From NCBI GenBank assembly GCA_020137815.1, contig CM035360.1, positions 1 to 64,000 of the forward strand: a stretch of DNA of 64,000 nt, read 5' to 3'. Numbering within the stretch: position 1 is the stretch's first letter; the number at the start of each line of letters is the position of its first letter. Shown in pieces: positions 33,816-47,000 of this stretch. The notes below the pieces were generated by a model that worked only from the letters and a program-made list of their open reading frames with translations, was not told the origin of the DNA and searched no databases. Made by a program: the position numbers and the translations under genes. This stretch comes from Hormiphora californensis (lineage: Eukaryota; Animalia; Ctenophora).

Positions 33816-34916
33816 ATGCTAAATAGGCGCATAACCCTTGTGCTCGCCCTTACTCTCTGTATTCTCTACTACCTCTTCTGCACTACATCAAGGCCCACAG
33901 CAGCAATTCCTGATGCCAGTTATGACATCTTCAACCCCTCATCTCCCTCCCCACCCCACTACACTCGCACAGCGATCATACTGACGTGTGAGGGTCGTTC
34001 AGGGTCAACCTGGCTTAGCTCCCTCTTCTGGAGACACCCTGATGTGTTCTATGTGTATGAACCCCTGTACCCCTCCAACCCTAATGATAACGCAGTTGAT
34101 AAGATGGGTGTTGGGAAGGATGCTGGTAAAATCCTCCAGCTACTAGATGGTTTTCAATGTAACTTGGACCACGCCAAGGGGGAGACACAGTTTCCCATGG
34201 TACTAGGCCGATACCCAATGTATCAACCAGAGTTAAAGCACTGTCAGGACACTAACAGCTGTCCTAATTCCCTGACTGAATTCTGTAACTCCCGCTCTCA
34301 CATGGTACAAAAAGTAATCAGAGTGTACAATATCAGTGATTATACTAAATTAGAGCGGCAACTTCACCCCATTCCCCTCAAAGTTATTCACCTCGTTCGA
34401 GATCCGAGACCAAACATTATGTCCCGAGAGAAGATGTTTACGTACATGATGGATGAATCTAAAAGATACAAAGATCTACCTCTAGAGGAGAGGAGCAGGG
34501 AACGGAGGGCGCTATGTGATCGTGTATTATCCAATATTAAAATAGGTGACTCTGGCGCTTTAAAACATTACATCCGGGTAACGCATGAAGAGATGTCATT
34601 GGCGCCAATCAAAACCGCAAAAGCGCTCTACCATTTCGCTGGACTCGACTTTACTGCGGAGACTGAGAAATATATCAATGAGATAACACACGGTTCAGAT
34701 TTAGTAAAGGGCGGGAAGGATCCGGACGGGAGGTTTGCAGGGTTCAGTGTGTATAGAGACACACAGAAGGTACTAAGGAAATGGATGTCAGCTGACAAGG
34801 GTCACATACACGAAATAGAGGAAGAGTGTGCCCCGTTATTGGAATATATCGGATATAAACCTCTTTATAACGAACATCTGGAAACTGTTAATGAGAATCC
34901 ATGGCCCAATTTGTAA
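33816..34916 (+). CDS. Golgi carbohydrate sulfotransferase (CHST1/3/4/5/6-type), intronless CDS
   Basis: N-terminal type II transmembrane anchor, 5'-PSB motif GRSGSTWLSSLFWRHPDVFYVYEPL and 3'-PB motif KVIHLVRDPR...SR. First ATG at 33816. Confidence 0.9.
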   Translation: MLNRRITLVLALTLCILYYLFCTTSRPTAAIPDASYDIFNPSSPSPPHYTRTAIILTCEGRSGSTWLSSLFWRHPDVFYVYEPLYPSNPNDNAVDKMGVGKDAGKILQLLDGFQCNLDHAKGETQFPMVLGRYPMYQPELKHCQDTNSCPNSLTEFCNSRSHMVQKVIRVYNISDYTKLERQLHPIPLKVIHLVRDPRPNIMSREKMFTYMMDESKRYKDLPLEERSRERRALCDRVLSNIKIGDSGALKHYIRVTHEEMSLAPIKTAKALYHFAGLDFTAETEKYINEITHGSDLVKGGKDPDGRFAGFSVYRDTQKVLRKWMSADKGHIHEIEEECAPLLEYIGYKPLYNEHLETVNENPWPNL

Positions 34917-35644
34917 TGAGATCTTGGAATCATTGTTCATTTCGAGTTTTCAAAACTTAGCAAGGTTGAAAAGTGAAATATTTTGGCTCCGTATATGTGT
35001 ATGTGTGTTATGTAAATTTTATTCTTTTGCCTGCCCTTTAGACACGTCTCATTTATTATAAAGGGTGATTCACAGCCCCAAATGATCGACAGTTATAGCG
35101 TGAATCGCCCTAGTAGTAGTTTATAATTTACAACTACTAGTTGTTGTGTTGATGATAATAATAATGAGAGGAGGGTGGGGGTGGGGGTGTATACACTAAC
35201 ACATTCTGTACAATACACCCCTCCTCTGAGAGGCCCATCTCATCTCATGATATTAATATTTGTAAAGTGAGAGAAATGACACGTTACAATAAACATTTTA
35301 CAATAAAACAAAAAGTGCCCCCTCCCGCCCCCCCCCCTCTACGAAACAAAACCTTCCTGTTTCACACCTAACCACTAATGACCTGCCCCTCACTCAGTTC
35401 TATCCAGTTCAGAGCTATCTTCCTTCAAAAAGGAATGAAAGGCTGGCACTACATACAACAAACTAAAACGCTACAATTACACATGGTCACAAAATATCTA
35501 GATGAAATATTTACAGTAACTTCCAGAGTGATTTCACAAATAAATAACAAGTCTACATCAAGTAGATAATACAATATTCAACAGTCCAATAATCAGGATG
35601 GTCTCCTTCTTTGTACCCGCGGTTCTGTATTACAGTCCCAATAA

Positions 35645-37084
35645 TCAAGATGGTCTCCTTCTTTGTACCCTTGGTTCTGTTCTTATTCTCAGATCTCCCT
35701 TCAGATACCTCTCTGGAATCTTACCGTCCTGCACAGCTGAGTTAAAGTGGTCATCGAGATCAGTTATCTGGAACCCTCGTCCTTGTTTCTAATAAAGAGA
35801 GATAGATAGACATATAGGGAGATAGAGGGGTCAAGGGGGGAGGGGGTTAGAGAGTGGGGATAGAGGGGGAGTCAGATTCTGTAACTATTACTAGTTCTGC
35901 CCAATCCAGTCTACTGTTATAGTCTGCATACCACAATTGCTATGAACTATATGAACACGGTTGAACACGGTTAGAAATCTTCACCTCCTGTTCGTGTTTG
36001 ATGAAACGTTCTGGTAGTGAAGTACCGGGATCATATCCAAACCCCAGATTCTCCAAAACTTCTTCTGCGTCTCGCTCCTGGGGGATTGGAAATAGTTGTG
36101 ATGTTGTACCATCTCAACGGGTGGGAAAGAGGTTTTCAGGGAAGCTACCCACAGAGGATCTACTAGTGCATTCACACTACACTCACTCTCTACTACGACA
36201 CGTTGTAACACTCAAACTACACTCACACTACAGTACAACAGGTTACTACAACACTACACTCACACAGGATCGCTTCTTGTTCCACGACCCTGCTGTTTGC
36301 CTTGTTTGATCAAAACAACCTGATGTCAGCATCCAATGTGCCAAGAATTTCACCTCAAAAAGCATCTCCATTTCAGTTTTAGGGACGGCAGTAGCAGGAA
36401 CTTTGTACTGGGCGACTCCACTTAACAACTCGTAGATGTTCTCATTTCCATTGTTTAGGTACTGTCTCCAGTTGGCCTTCAAATCATGTAGCACATCCGC
36501 CAGACTGTGGGAGGGAGGGAGGGGTGTATGATCTGAGGAAGGGAGGGGGAGGGATATTTGATCTACCGAACCATCACAGAGGTGTGACGGTGTGGGAGGG
36601 AGGGTGTGTATTTAGAAATGTGGTGTAAGACCCTCTTTTCACAGTGCAGATAGGGGTCAGCGGCGTCAAACCGATCTAGAGAATCTAGAGATAAAGGACA
36701 TGTAATGTGTTGAGGTAGCGAAGGGTGTTCGGGTAGAGGAAGGACTCATACATGGACTCATAGAGGGTAGAGGAAGGAATCATAGAAGTCAAAGTTATTA
36801 CCTATTATGACAGGTGTCAACTAAGTGTTGATTATGGCAATTATAACTCTACGACGTACATAAGTAGCGTCTTCAATTCCTGATTCCCATTCAAAATATC
36901 TAATTAATGCCTAATTAACTGCTAATCCCTACTTGTGAATTGATCCCTAATTAACTGGTAATCCCTACTTGTGAATTGATCCGATACAGGAAGATCCTAC
37001 TGAACTATCACTCATCTCATCCTCACTAGTAGCAGCCCGGGCACATGTGAACAAATCAGGGCGGTCCCTGTTCCTTTCTTCCAT
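35645..37084 (-). CDS. ~257-aa protein with a KRAP/SSFA2/TESPA1-like motif (exons 37084-36969, 36899-36860, 36820-36802, 36684-36567, 36504-36264, 36077-35985, 35788-35645)
   Basis: All six introns are GT-AG and phase-consistent from ATG 37084 to TGA 35645. Contains RDAEEVLENLGFGYDPGTSLPERFIKHEQEKQGRG. The last three exons are the best supported. Confidence 0.65.
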
Positions 37085-37325
37085 AATTAGCAGCTAATTA
37101 GGGGGGGGGGTTAATTGGGGTTTAATGGGGGGGGGGGGGGGGGGGGTTAGTTAACTGAGACTTAGGAACAAACTGGAAGAAGAAATATAAACACAGAAAA
37201 TGGGTGGATGTATTGCAAACTATGAAATGCATTAAAAACCCGGTAAAAGCAATGGATGCAAGAACTAAATAGCGCCAGCTTTTTAGCAGAGTCACATAGC
37301 AACATACCGCATGGATGAACTAATC

Positions 37326-37379
<54 letters not shown>

Positions 37380-37443
37380 CCCTCTTTCTCTCTCTCCCTA
37401 TATCTCCTCCCTCTATATATTGCTCTATCTCTCTATCTCTCTA

Positions 37444-37548
<105 letters not shown>

Positions 37549-37816
37549 TAAAATGTATCAGACCTTTCTCTTTAGCACCACCAGCCTTTTTACGATTGCT
37601 GCACTCAGCAACTCACTCTACTTGAGTGTCGGTTTGAATCTTTGCAAACTGAACAATGGAATCTTCAAATTAAGGAAAGTTTTTGCAGAACAATATGAAA
37701 CATTATTTGAAATCATATTATATGCCAGGATGAGTTACTATGAAACGAAATTTCTAGCAAAGCTATACACTTGATGAGAGAGATATTATATATCGGCAAT
37801 TGCGTGTTGAGAGAGG

Positions 37817-37877
<61 letters not shown>

Positions 37878-37977
37878 TGAGAGAGAGAGGCCAATATCAT
37901 GTCAACTCCATCCAATAAAACATAGATCTGACATGTTATACAGTGCCAACAGAGAGCATAGTATCTCTCTCTCTCAC

Positions 37978-38053
<76 letters not shown>

Positions 38054-38509
38054 GCCACGTCTCTAGATATATTAGATCAGTTTGACACGGCCTCCTCCCG
38101 ATTGTAATGGATTCATCGTGAACAGTACAGTTAATACAGCGAATTTAATCTCCTGTGTGTGTTTGTGTGGGAGAAATACCAACTTAGTAATATAATAATC
38201 AATAGCTTGACGCGGTTGGCGCGACGCCGACATGACTTAATGATGAAAGAGTGATTGAGACAGAGTTAAAGGGATACAGGGTCGAAGTGATAGGGAGAGA
38301 ACTGAGACACAGTGAGACAGGAGTACACTGATTTTGAAGTTGTCTGGGCTTGTAATGTGACTTGCTGTAATATGACTTATACGTCATGATGAGGGTCAGA
38401 GAGCTATTAATTTTATAGACCATCTCTAGACTTCATAGTAATCTTTCGGGGCTGTAAAATGTGGTATTTCCAAATACCGGCTGCCTACAAAAGACACATG
38501 ATCCGATAC

Positions 38510-38664
38510 TATACTCCATTTTTTTCAACTGTTCACCCCCCAAAGTCGTGCGCGGAATTTTTTTGCGCGTCTATCACATGTTAACGTGTAGCGCGTGCAG
38601 CGTAAATTAAAATATCGCACGCGCACGACTTGGAGGGTGAACAGTTGAATAAAAATGGACTTTA
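38510..38664. mobile_element. ~155-bp MITE; a homologous arm also lies at 20820-20905
   Basis: TATACTCCATTTTTTTCAACTGTTCACCC ... GGGTGAACAGTTGAATAAAAATGGACTTTA. The right half is the reverse complement of 20820-20905. Confidence 0.8.
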
Positions 38665-38834
38665 TGGAACACTGTCAGAACATTGGCCTGACCCTAGCAT
38701 GAATCATGATATTTTGGAACGTGTATAAAAACCCCTTTCAAATGGGCCGGGTTGCATGTACTACACAATCAACTGTTTACAAACAGTTATTATTATGGTA
38801 TGATACGATACAAATACAAAGTCACTTGTTAATA

Positions 38835-40160
38835 CATTGAATTCTTGTCAAAATACGGCTTGACCTCATATTTTTGGGGGGCAAGCTAATTCCTTCACTA
38901 AATGTTAGCCAGGGACCTCCTAAGCCACCATAAAAAAGTCCTAAGCTCTACCCGTTGGGGGGAGGTCATTTCCGGGCCACGCCCTTTTTCTTAGCCTGAA
39001 TTCAAAAGCGTAACTACCCTTAGGAAAGGAGTAGAGACAAAATTAAGGGCACCAGCGTGTTCAGCGTCCTCGAATTAGTGGGGGTATGTGCCGGAATTAA
39101 GTCTCTATCTCATTTGTTTAATTAGATAATTGGATAATTAGATATGTGCATAGCCGTTTGCTGGCCATGTGGCTATAGCCATCTTAGCAAAGGAGTAGAG
39201 ACAAAATCAAGGGCTCTAAAGTGTGTAGCATCCTCGCATTAGTGGGGGTAGGTGCTGAAATTAAGTCTCTATCTCAACTCGTTAATGAGATAATTGGATA
39301 ATTAGCTTTGCGCATAACCGTTTTTTGGCTATATGGCTATAGCCACTTAGGAATGGTTTAGAGACTTTTCACTGGTGCTATTTTGTCCAGAAAAAAAATT
39401 TTAATCTAAGAGTTGTGGAAAAATTTAGGCCCTATCTCTTACCGTTTTGGCGTTACTTGCGGTCAAAGAAGGCCAAATCAGCCGAAAACGCCAATTTTTT
39501 ATTCATTTTTTGGCACATTCGGCTGATTTGGCCATCTTTGACCGCAAGTAACGCCAAAACGGTAAGAGATAGGGCCTAAAATTTTCCACAACTCTTAGAT
39601 TAAAATTTTTTTTCTGGACAAAATGGCACCAGTGAAAAGTCTCTAAACCATTCCTAAGTGGCTATAGCCATATAGCCAAAAAACGGTTATGCACAAAGCT
39701 AATTATCCAATTATCTCATTAACGAGTTGAGATAGAGACTTAATTTCAGCACCTACCCCCAATTAATGCGAGGATGCTACACACTTTAGAGCCCTTGATT
39801 TTGTCTCTACTCCTTTGCTAAGATGGCTATAACCACATGGCCAGCAAACGGCTATGCACATATCTAATTATCCAATTATCTAATTAACCAGATGAGATAG
39901 AGACTTAATTCCGGCACCTACCCCCACTAATTCGAGGACGCTGAACACGCTGGTGCCCTTAATTTTGTCTCTACTCCTTTCCTAAGGGTAGTTACGCTTT
40001 TGAATTCAGGCTAAGAAAAAGGGCGTGGCCCGGAAATGACCTCCCCCCAACGGGTAGAGCTTAGGACTTTTTTATGGTGGCTTAGGAGGTCCCTGGCTAA
40101 CATTTAGTGAAGGAATTAGCTTGCCCCCCAAAAATATGAGGTCACGGCAAGAATTCAATG
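38835..40160. mobile_element. ~1.3-kb near-perfect palindromic foldback element
   Basis: CATTGAATTCTTG...TGACCTCATATTTTTGGGGGGCAAG pairs with CTTGCCCCCCAAAAATATGAGGTCA...CAAGAATTCAATG. The centre is at ~39505 with a very short loop, and each arm has an internal ~165-bp direct repeat. No clear TSD. Confidence 0.9.
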
Positions 40161-40609
40161 GATTATGTAGATATACATCGCGATCATGTTGCAACAAAAA
40201 GCAACAAGAATCCATATTTTTGAGTCAAAAGATGAATTTAGAGAAAAATGACTGCGAGATCAAGAGAGGGTGAGATAGAGGGAGAAAGTAAGGGTGAGAT
40301 AGAGAGAGAGAAAGTAAGAGAAGAATTATAGAGAGAGATAGATGGAGAAAGATAAGGAGAGAGAGGGCAGAGGAGGAGGTTTGATGTGGCCCTCATTACA
40401 TGGAATAAGATGGCTACAGTGGCACCACTAGTGGATTATAGTGGAACATGAAAAAACTGTTCATCACGACACAAAAGTGATTTAAGAAGGATATGATTTA
40501 CAGAGAACCCTAACATCCTAAAAGATAAACTATAAAGCAATGGAATAGTTTCGGATGGTACTTCCGCGAACGTTGTGGTTGGATAAAAGAAGAGGGAGAG
40601 AGAGGGAGG

Positions 40610-40671
<62 letters not shown>

Positions 40672-41128
40672 TGGTTACCATGGTATTGTATACAGATCAA
40701 TGAGCTGGGTGGACCTTTGTAACTTCCGTCTATTGAGTTGCGGCCACTACTAGTACCCATGTGAGCTGCAGAAGCTCCCCTTAACAATACTGTAATTGGT
40801 CTGTAAATGGGTAATTACTAGATGAACGAGGCCGCCCTATGATGTAGAAACCTATTACAGAACGCTATATCGAACTCACAGAGTTGGTAAAATGGAAGGT
40901 TGGTAAATTGACGAGGGGGGAGACAGTGCAGTGAGAAACATTCAGCTGAATGATTACAAGGGGAGTTAACTATCGTCATTCTATAACTAGAATGACGACA
41001 GTTGTTTATACCGACGGGTCATTGAATAAAGGGGTGCCTCCTTTAGCTACTGCAGCATGTCTGTTACAATTGTGTCCTTGAGCCAGTATGAACAATTCAA
41101 TCTGTTACAACTATGAGAGAGAGGGGTG

Positions 41129-41193
<65 letters not shown>

Positions 41194-42978
41194 TGTTGAC
41201 TGCAGTTGATAGGACCCTGTTATTACACTGTATAATTATAACCCCCTCCTCCTCACGAAGGAGCTACCAATATAATCAGTCACAACTCCTCCACTCAACA
41301 AGGCACACAATGGGGTGGTACAGGGTGCGGTATACCACACAAGCAACCCTCTCCCTCTGTACTGGCCGTCTCCGGATTAGCAGTTATAAAGAGAGGGAGG
41401 AGGAAGGAGAGAGAGAGGAAAAATTTGAGAGAGAGGGAGGAGGAGAGAGAGGTAGAGACTAGAGAAGGAGGAGTATTGGTCTGACAGTGATAGAGGGGGA
41501 AGGAATGAACAGGTAGATTCTAGGCAGGTGTGAATGAGCGAACTAATTGCCGACACGACAGCTGACTAATAATTGGGTGTTTCAACAAGTCTGATTTCAC
41601 AGACAACAGTTGGCTGCGCGCGAAAAAAGAGGGCGCGACGTGCCCAAAGACAACAGTGAGACTTAATATAGTTCCTGCGATCACAGCTGTTAGTTCAACC
41701 CTCTGTAGAATTGTAATTAGAATCACAGTACCTGCTAGACAAAAGAGATTAGTAGTTATAGTAGGACATTGTCACTGAACATCATTAGTGGTCACAGTGT
41801 GGTATGTTGAGAAGGAGCAGAGAGAGAGTGAGAGTGAGAGAGGGAGAGAGGGAGAGACAGAGAAAGATTATAGGGACACAGTGACATATAGAGACAACAG
41901 TGACATGTGGAGTTTACATGTTCCCATTCTGTCGGCTCTCACACCGGGCCGAAGGACCGGTGTGAGCTTACGCGAGCCAGACTGCGTAGCATGGCAAATA
42001 TAGAGGGAGATTCACAGCATCAGATTTTGAGCGTGGGAAAGAGAGATATTCTGAAATGAAAGAAGATGTGTTGCTATGACAACATGATTGAGTGATTGGC
42101 ACAGCTTCACGTGGTTATGTAGTCTCTCTGTCTCTCTCTTTAGGTGGTTGTGTGGTCAAATGTGGTCTCTCTCACGCCTCCTCCAACCACGTTTTCTGTA
42201 ATGTTTTACAGTTGTATCCAGGATCAGGGGAATCATTTAGGAACCCCTTTACCCTTACTGAACAAGGATACCTATAGCTTGTTGGGTCGTGGGATATGGA
42301 ACAATACCATACATTGTGATAAGTGATAAGTCCAATTGATAAATCAATATCATGTTCCGACTATAATAGTTCCCCCTTCATTATACTTTCCAGATAATAC
42401 ACACCAGGTGAGTTATTACTGACACCTGATACCCCTCTCAGCATGACGAGCCTCATAGAATCACGTCATTTTACTCATTGACCCCTTCCCACATCACTCT
42501 ATAATACTCTAGCTGAATGGTCATCCAGTAATGCAGCTCCAGCAGGAGCACCGTGACAGAAACACAGGCCTGATTGCGTGTTGGAGCTACATCAGAGAGT
42601 AGAGTTTTGTGATTCTGCAGCTCCATTGCAGGACGGCCATTCAGCTATAGAGTTTTCCCTAAGAGATGCTCCAATTTGAAGCTTCGATTGAAGATAATTT
42701 TACTTATCACTTAAAATTTCTGTGATCAGGATAAAACTGGTTTTCTTTGTTTCTTTTACCTATTTTACTACGTGTCCCTTGCATGTCATTTAAAGTGAGA
42801 GAATTGCCACGAGACACAATTGAGGGTTCCATGTCCAGGTCCAAGCGCCATTAACGTAGCGCGCGGAAACAGACAACCAATGTTCTTCGCGCGACGTTTT
42901 GGTACGCGCAAATAGTGAGCCGCGCCTTCTGGGCTGTAAAGCGCGCGCAATTGAATGTAACTCGAAAAGTAAATTCTA

Positions 42979-43860
42979 TAAGGAAGTTCAAGAGCCTCCA
43001 AGAGGGGCGCCGTTGGGCGCGATTATAATCTGGGTGCCTTGCAGCGTGTTTACAGGTGCGCGCTGCCAAAAAAGTACACCTAAAACCACTTAGACCGACT
43101 TTTTTCAAACGGCTATAGCCGCGGAACCACATGGCCGATTTGAGTAAACTAAACGGTATCTGATAGAGAATCGATAGCCCTAACCGATAACCCCAAACAA
43201 AACCCTAACCCGACCCTAACAACAGCCCTAACCCGTCTCGACCGCCAAAATTGACGAATTGTTAGCAATGGAAGGCACCCAGATTTTAACGTTTTCCGGC
43301 GCCGTTACGATCTGGGTGTTTGGTGGCCTGTTTACAGGTGCGCGCTGCCAAAAAAGTTGATTCACTAAAATGGCTCTAACCGCCAAACCACTCAACCGTT
43401 TTGGCTAATTCAAAGTTTATCTGGTAGGAAATGTCAAGGCCTAACCACAACCCAAACCCCAGCCCTAACCCTAACCCTACTTTAGCCCTAACCCTAAAAA
43501 ACCGTTTGTCAGCACTCACCAAACACCCAGATTTTAACGCTGGCCCTCCAAGAGCGCACCACAATCAAGAGAGACCAAAATCAAGAGCACACCACAATCA
43601 AGAGAGACCAAAATCAAGAGCACACCACAATCAAGAGAGACCAAATCTTAAGAGCACACCACAATCAAGAGAGACCAAATTCAAGAGCGCACCACATCTG
43701 GTATCTTCTGGATAGGGAGCTCTCTTGGATGAGGTGCGCTCTTGATTTTGGTCTCTCTTGATTGTGGTGCGCTCTTGATTTTGGTCTCTCTTGGATGGGG
43801 TGCGCTCTTGGGCGCTCTTGGAGGCTCTTGGAGGCTCTTGAACTTTATTATGGTTCCTTA
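42979..43860. mobile_element. Non-autonomous DNA element with 33-bp subrepeats and CCCTAA-like runs
   Basis: TIR AAGTTCAAGAGCCTCCAAGAG / CTCTTGGAGGCTCTTGAACTT. The unit AAGAGCACACCACAATCAAGAGAGACCAAAATC occurs about 4 times forward and 2 times inverted. Confidence 0.75.
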
Positions 43861-44000
43861 TTCGGCCTTCACTTTTTTCGTTTTCACTTCAATTTTGCCG
43901 TTTGCGATTTTGTAAAAATCCAAAATCACTTGACACAAAGAGCCCCGTGACTGCCACGCTGAGATAAATGTTTATAATTGTATCGATCATCACTTAGGTT

Positions 44001-47000
44001 ATGGATAGAGAAGAAGAAAAGCCGTTATTACCTGATGCCTCTACCAGCAGTCGTCCAAATGCCGCCCTCGCTCATTCCTACTCACAGGTATTCACTGCTT
44101 AATGGTGGGATTATTATAATGTACCGTCAATAACAGAGTGTGTTAATACAGTTCAATATCAGGATTCTGGTCGGTCTTTAAATGAGCGCCTCGAGATAGT
44201 TTTTGATCAAAGCTACGCGTCCGAACTACCAACCACACCAACATACGGGACTGAATCGTCAGTGGAATTTAGGGCGAGACATGATAGCCACCTACTAGAG
44301 GTCTTTCAAAGCATCTTTTAACTGCATGTGCCTTCTTTCAACAGCTGCCTGATAATTCGAACTTTTTATCTGCGAAGCCAAATACACTTTTATCTGCAAA
44401 GCTAAATACACTATTCAGTACTGGTGGGCTCTAGCTGGTTTGGTGTATAACACCACTAACAGTCCTCCTTTGCAGATTATCCCCCAAGAGGTATTCAAAA
44501 CTACGCCGGCAAGGTGGTACATTTTATTCGCCTTTTGCTATATGGGCACAGTCCAGGGATTCGTAGGTCAGTGCGTGTGCGTGTGTGTGTTCGTAGGTCA
44601 GTTTCCAATACAATAAAGCTACTATAAATAACTTTAAAACACCAATTAACAATACTCTGAACGATACTGTGAACTAAACAAGTATTACCACCTAGGTAAT
44701 TCCTGGGGTCCTATATCGACTGTTATGAAGGCCCAGTTTGGGTGGACAGATTCTACTGTTGGTATTCTGGCTCTCTACCTGTCTCTCCTCTTTATTCCTG
44801 GAGCTCTCATATTTCCCAGTGTTATGGCCATCTCTAACATGAGATTTGTTACACTTGGTAACGCCTTCCTGATCGGTCTAGTGGGGGTACTAAAGGTGAG
44901 TAGTGTTGGTGATGAAATCCCCCATCGTTTAGCTGGGCATGGCTAGTGCAGTAGGGGTGACTGGGTCACCAATGAGTAGTGGTGACATCTTGGAATATGT
45001 GTCTTGAATATAAAATATCTGACCCCCCCCCCTTCAGATTTTATCAGTTACAGTTATTCCTGAATCCTATCTGATCCCCACTGCTCATGTTACTCAAATT
45101 GTTAATGGATTCTGTGGCGGAGTACCTTTCTCTGGGGTGATGTATGTTACAGGTAACCGTTTTATTATACCTTGCACAGCTTTTTAATTTTTATTATACC
45201 TTCCATTGTTCAGATAGTTCCAAGGCGACCTCTTAGTTGGGTTACTTTTGAAACTAGGAAATCTGCCTACTTCCTGCCTACGTCCTGCAACCCCCTAATT
45301 AATTTTCTCTCCCCCGTCTAATTACCTCTCTCCCCCAGTCCCCCATCTAATTGTCTCATCTCTCTCTCGCCCCATCTAACTCCCCATCCCCCCAGTTAAT
45401 TGGTTTCCCACCACTGAGAGAGTTGTAGCTACTGGAGTCGTCATGTCATCCCTTAACTTCGGTATGTGATGAGAGAAAACCCTGGGAAAGAGAGAGAATT
45501 TGATCAGTATGATAGAAAGGGAAAGTGTGATTAGCAATTAATACAACTGGGTGACTGCTAACTAACGGGGGGGGGGGGGGGACTAACTAACCCTTGCTCC
45601 ACCCCCCCCCCCCCTTGTTGGCACGTGCCCTAGAGGCTGCAAATGATTCTATGAGGGGTTACATGTGTGTTATTGCTTTGTCGCCCAGAAGTCATTGCTA
45701 ACACAATATGATACCATTGCTAACACAATATGATACCATTGCTAAAACGTTATTCCCTATTCGCTAGGTTTAGCCCTCCCGTTCCTGTTGGGTACAGCCC
45801 TGGTCCCCGAACCAAAACACAACCACACTACAGTACTGGATAGCTACTGGCCAAGTGGGTTAGAGGGGGCTAGCAATACCACACATGATCATGCCTTCTA
45901 CCAACATAGGATAAAGTGAGTGCTAAACTTGTGTTATATAGGGTGCCCCACTATGTGACTTGTTATACAGGGTGTCCCACTATGTGACTTGTTATACAGG
46001 GTGCCCCACTATGTGACTTGTTATACAGGGTGTCCCACTATGTGACTTGTTATACAGGGTGTCCCACTATGTGACTTGATATACAGGGTGTCCCACTATG
46101 TGACTTGTTATACAGGGTGTCCCACTATGTGACTTGTTATACAGGGTGCCCTCTCTGAACTGCAGGTCGAAAATGTTCCATATGTGCGGATCTTGCAATG
46201 TTGTTACTAACCATTGAATTTGGATTTTGGAAGTTTGATTATTGCCACTTTCCGGGTCATATGGGTGAAGTTATTCTAGTTATTTAACTAATACCCCCCT
46301 CCCCAGGTATTATCTAATTATTCAAGGTGTAGCAGCATGTATGGTGTTTGTATTGGTGCTCATCTACTTTCCATCTCGACCCAAATATGCACCTACTGCA
46401 TCAGCTGTTACTGCCAGGCTTAGCCTCAAAGAGGTACGTGTCTGTTACTGCCTGGCTTAGTCTGAAAGAGGTACGTGTCTGTTACTATCCTGCCCCCTAT
46501 ATATCCTGTATGGATTTGCCATGCTCGACCCTGTTTGATGTTTCCTTCGAGTGTTAGAACATTATAACAAGTAAGGATAGGGGACATGAATGCCTTTTGA
46601 ACCCGTCGATTAGATCATCTGATCATCTTTTGTTCGACCAGCGTGTATATCTCTGAACAATGAAAATGTGGTGTGGAATGTGAGGGTAGACCAATGAAGA
46701 TGTTACGACCAGTTTTCACACACCTGTGTTACAAACCAGTCTCTCGCTTTGAAGCTCTTTGAACCCAATGTTAAGACAATAGAAAGACACGGTTATTTTG
46801 CAAGATAATTAATTAATTAGCAATTCCTCTAATTACTCCAATTCCTCTTCCTGGTGGTGATGGGGCCTCTTGTAATCGTTCACCTTATACCAGCTGAGCC
46901 AGTGCCTATCCCACTGCCCCAGATATTGGTCCAGTTTCCATGGTTTGGTACCAGGTTGTACACACACATCAGCATCGCACCCAGCGTGGCAGTAGTTGCT

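Noticed and set aside
38199-41740. Scattered minus-strand exon-like pieces (40679-40800, 41640-41731, ~38410-38450)
   Set aside because: Some have good splice signals and one is hydrophobic, but I could not build a coherent or recognisable protein. An unannotated gene or lncRNA remains possible.
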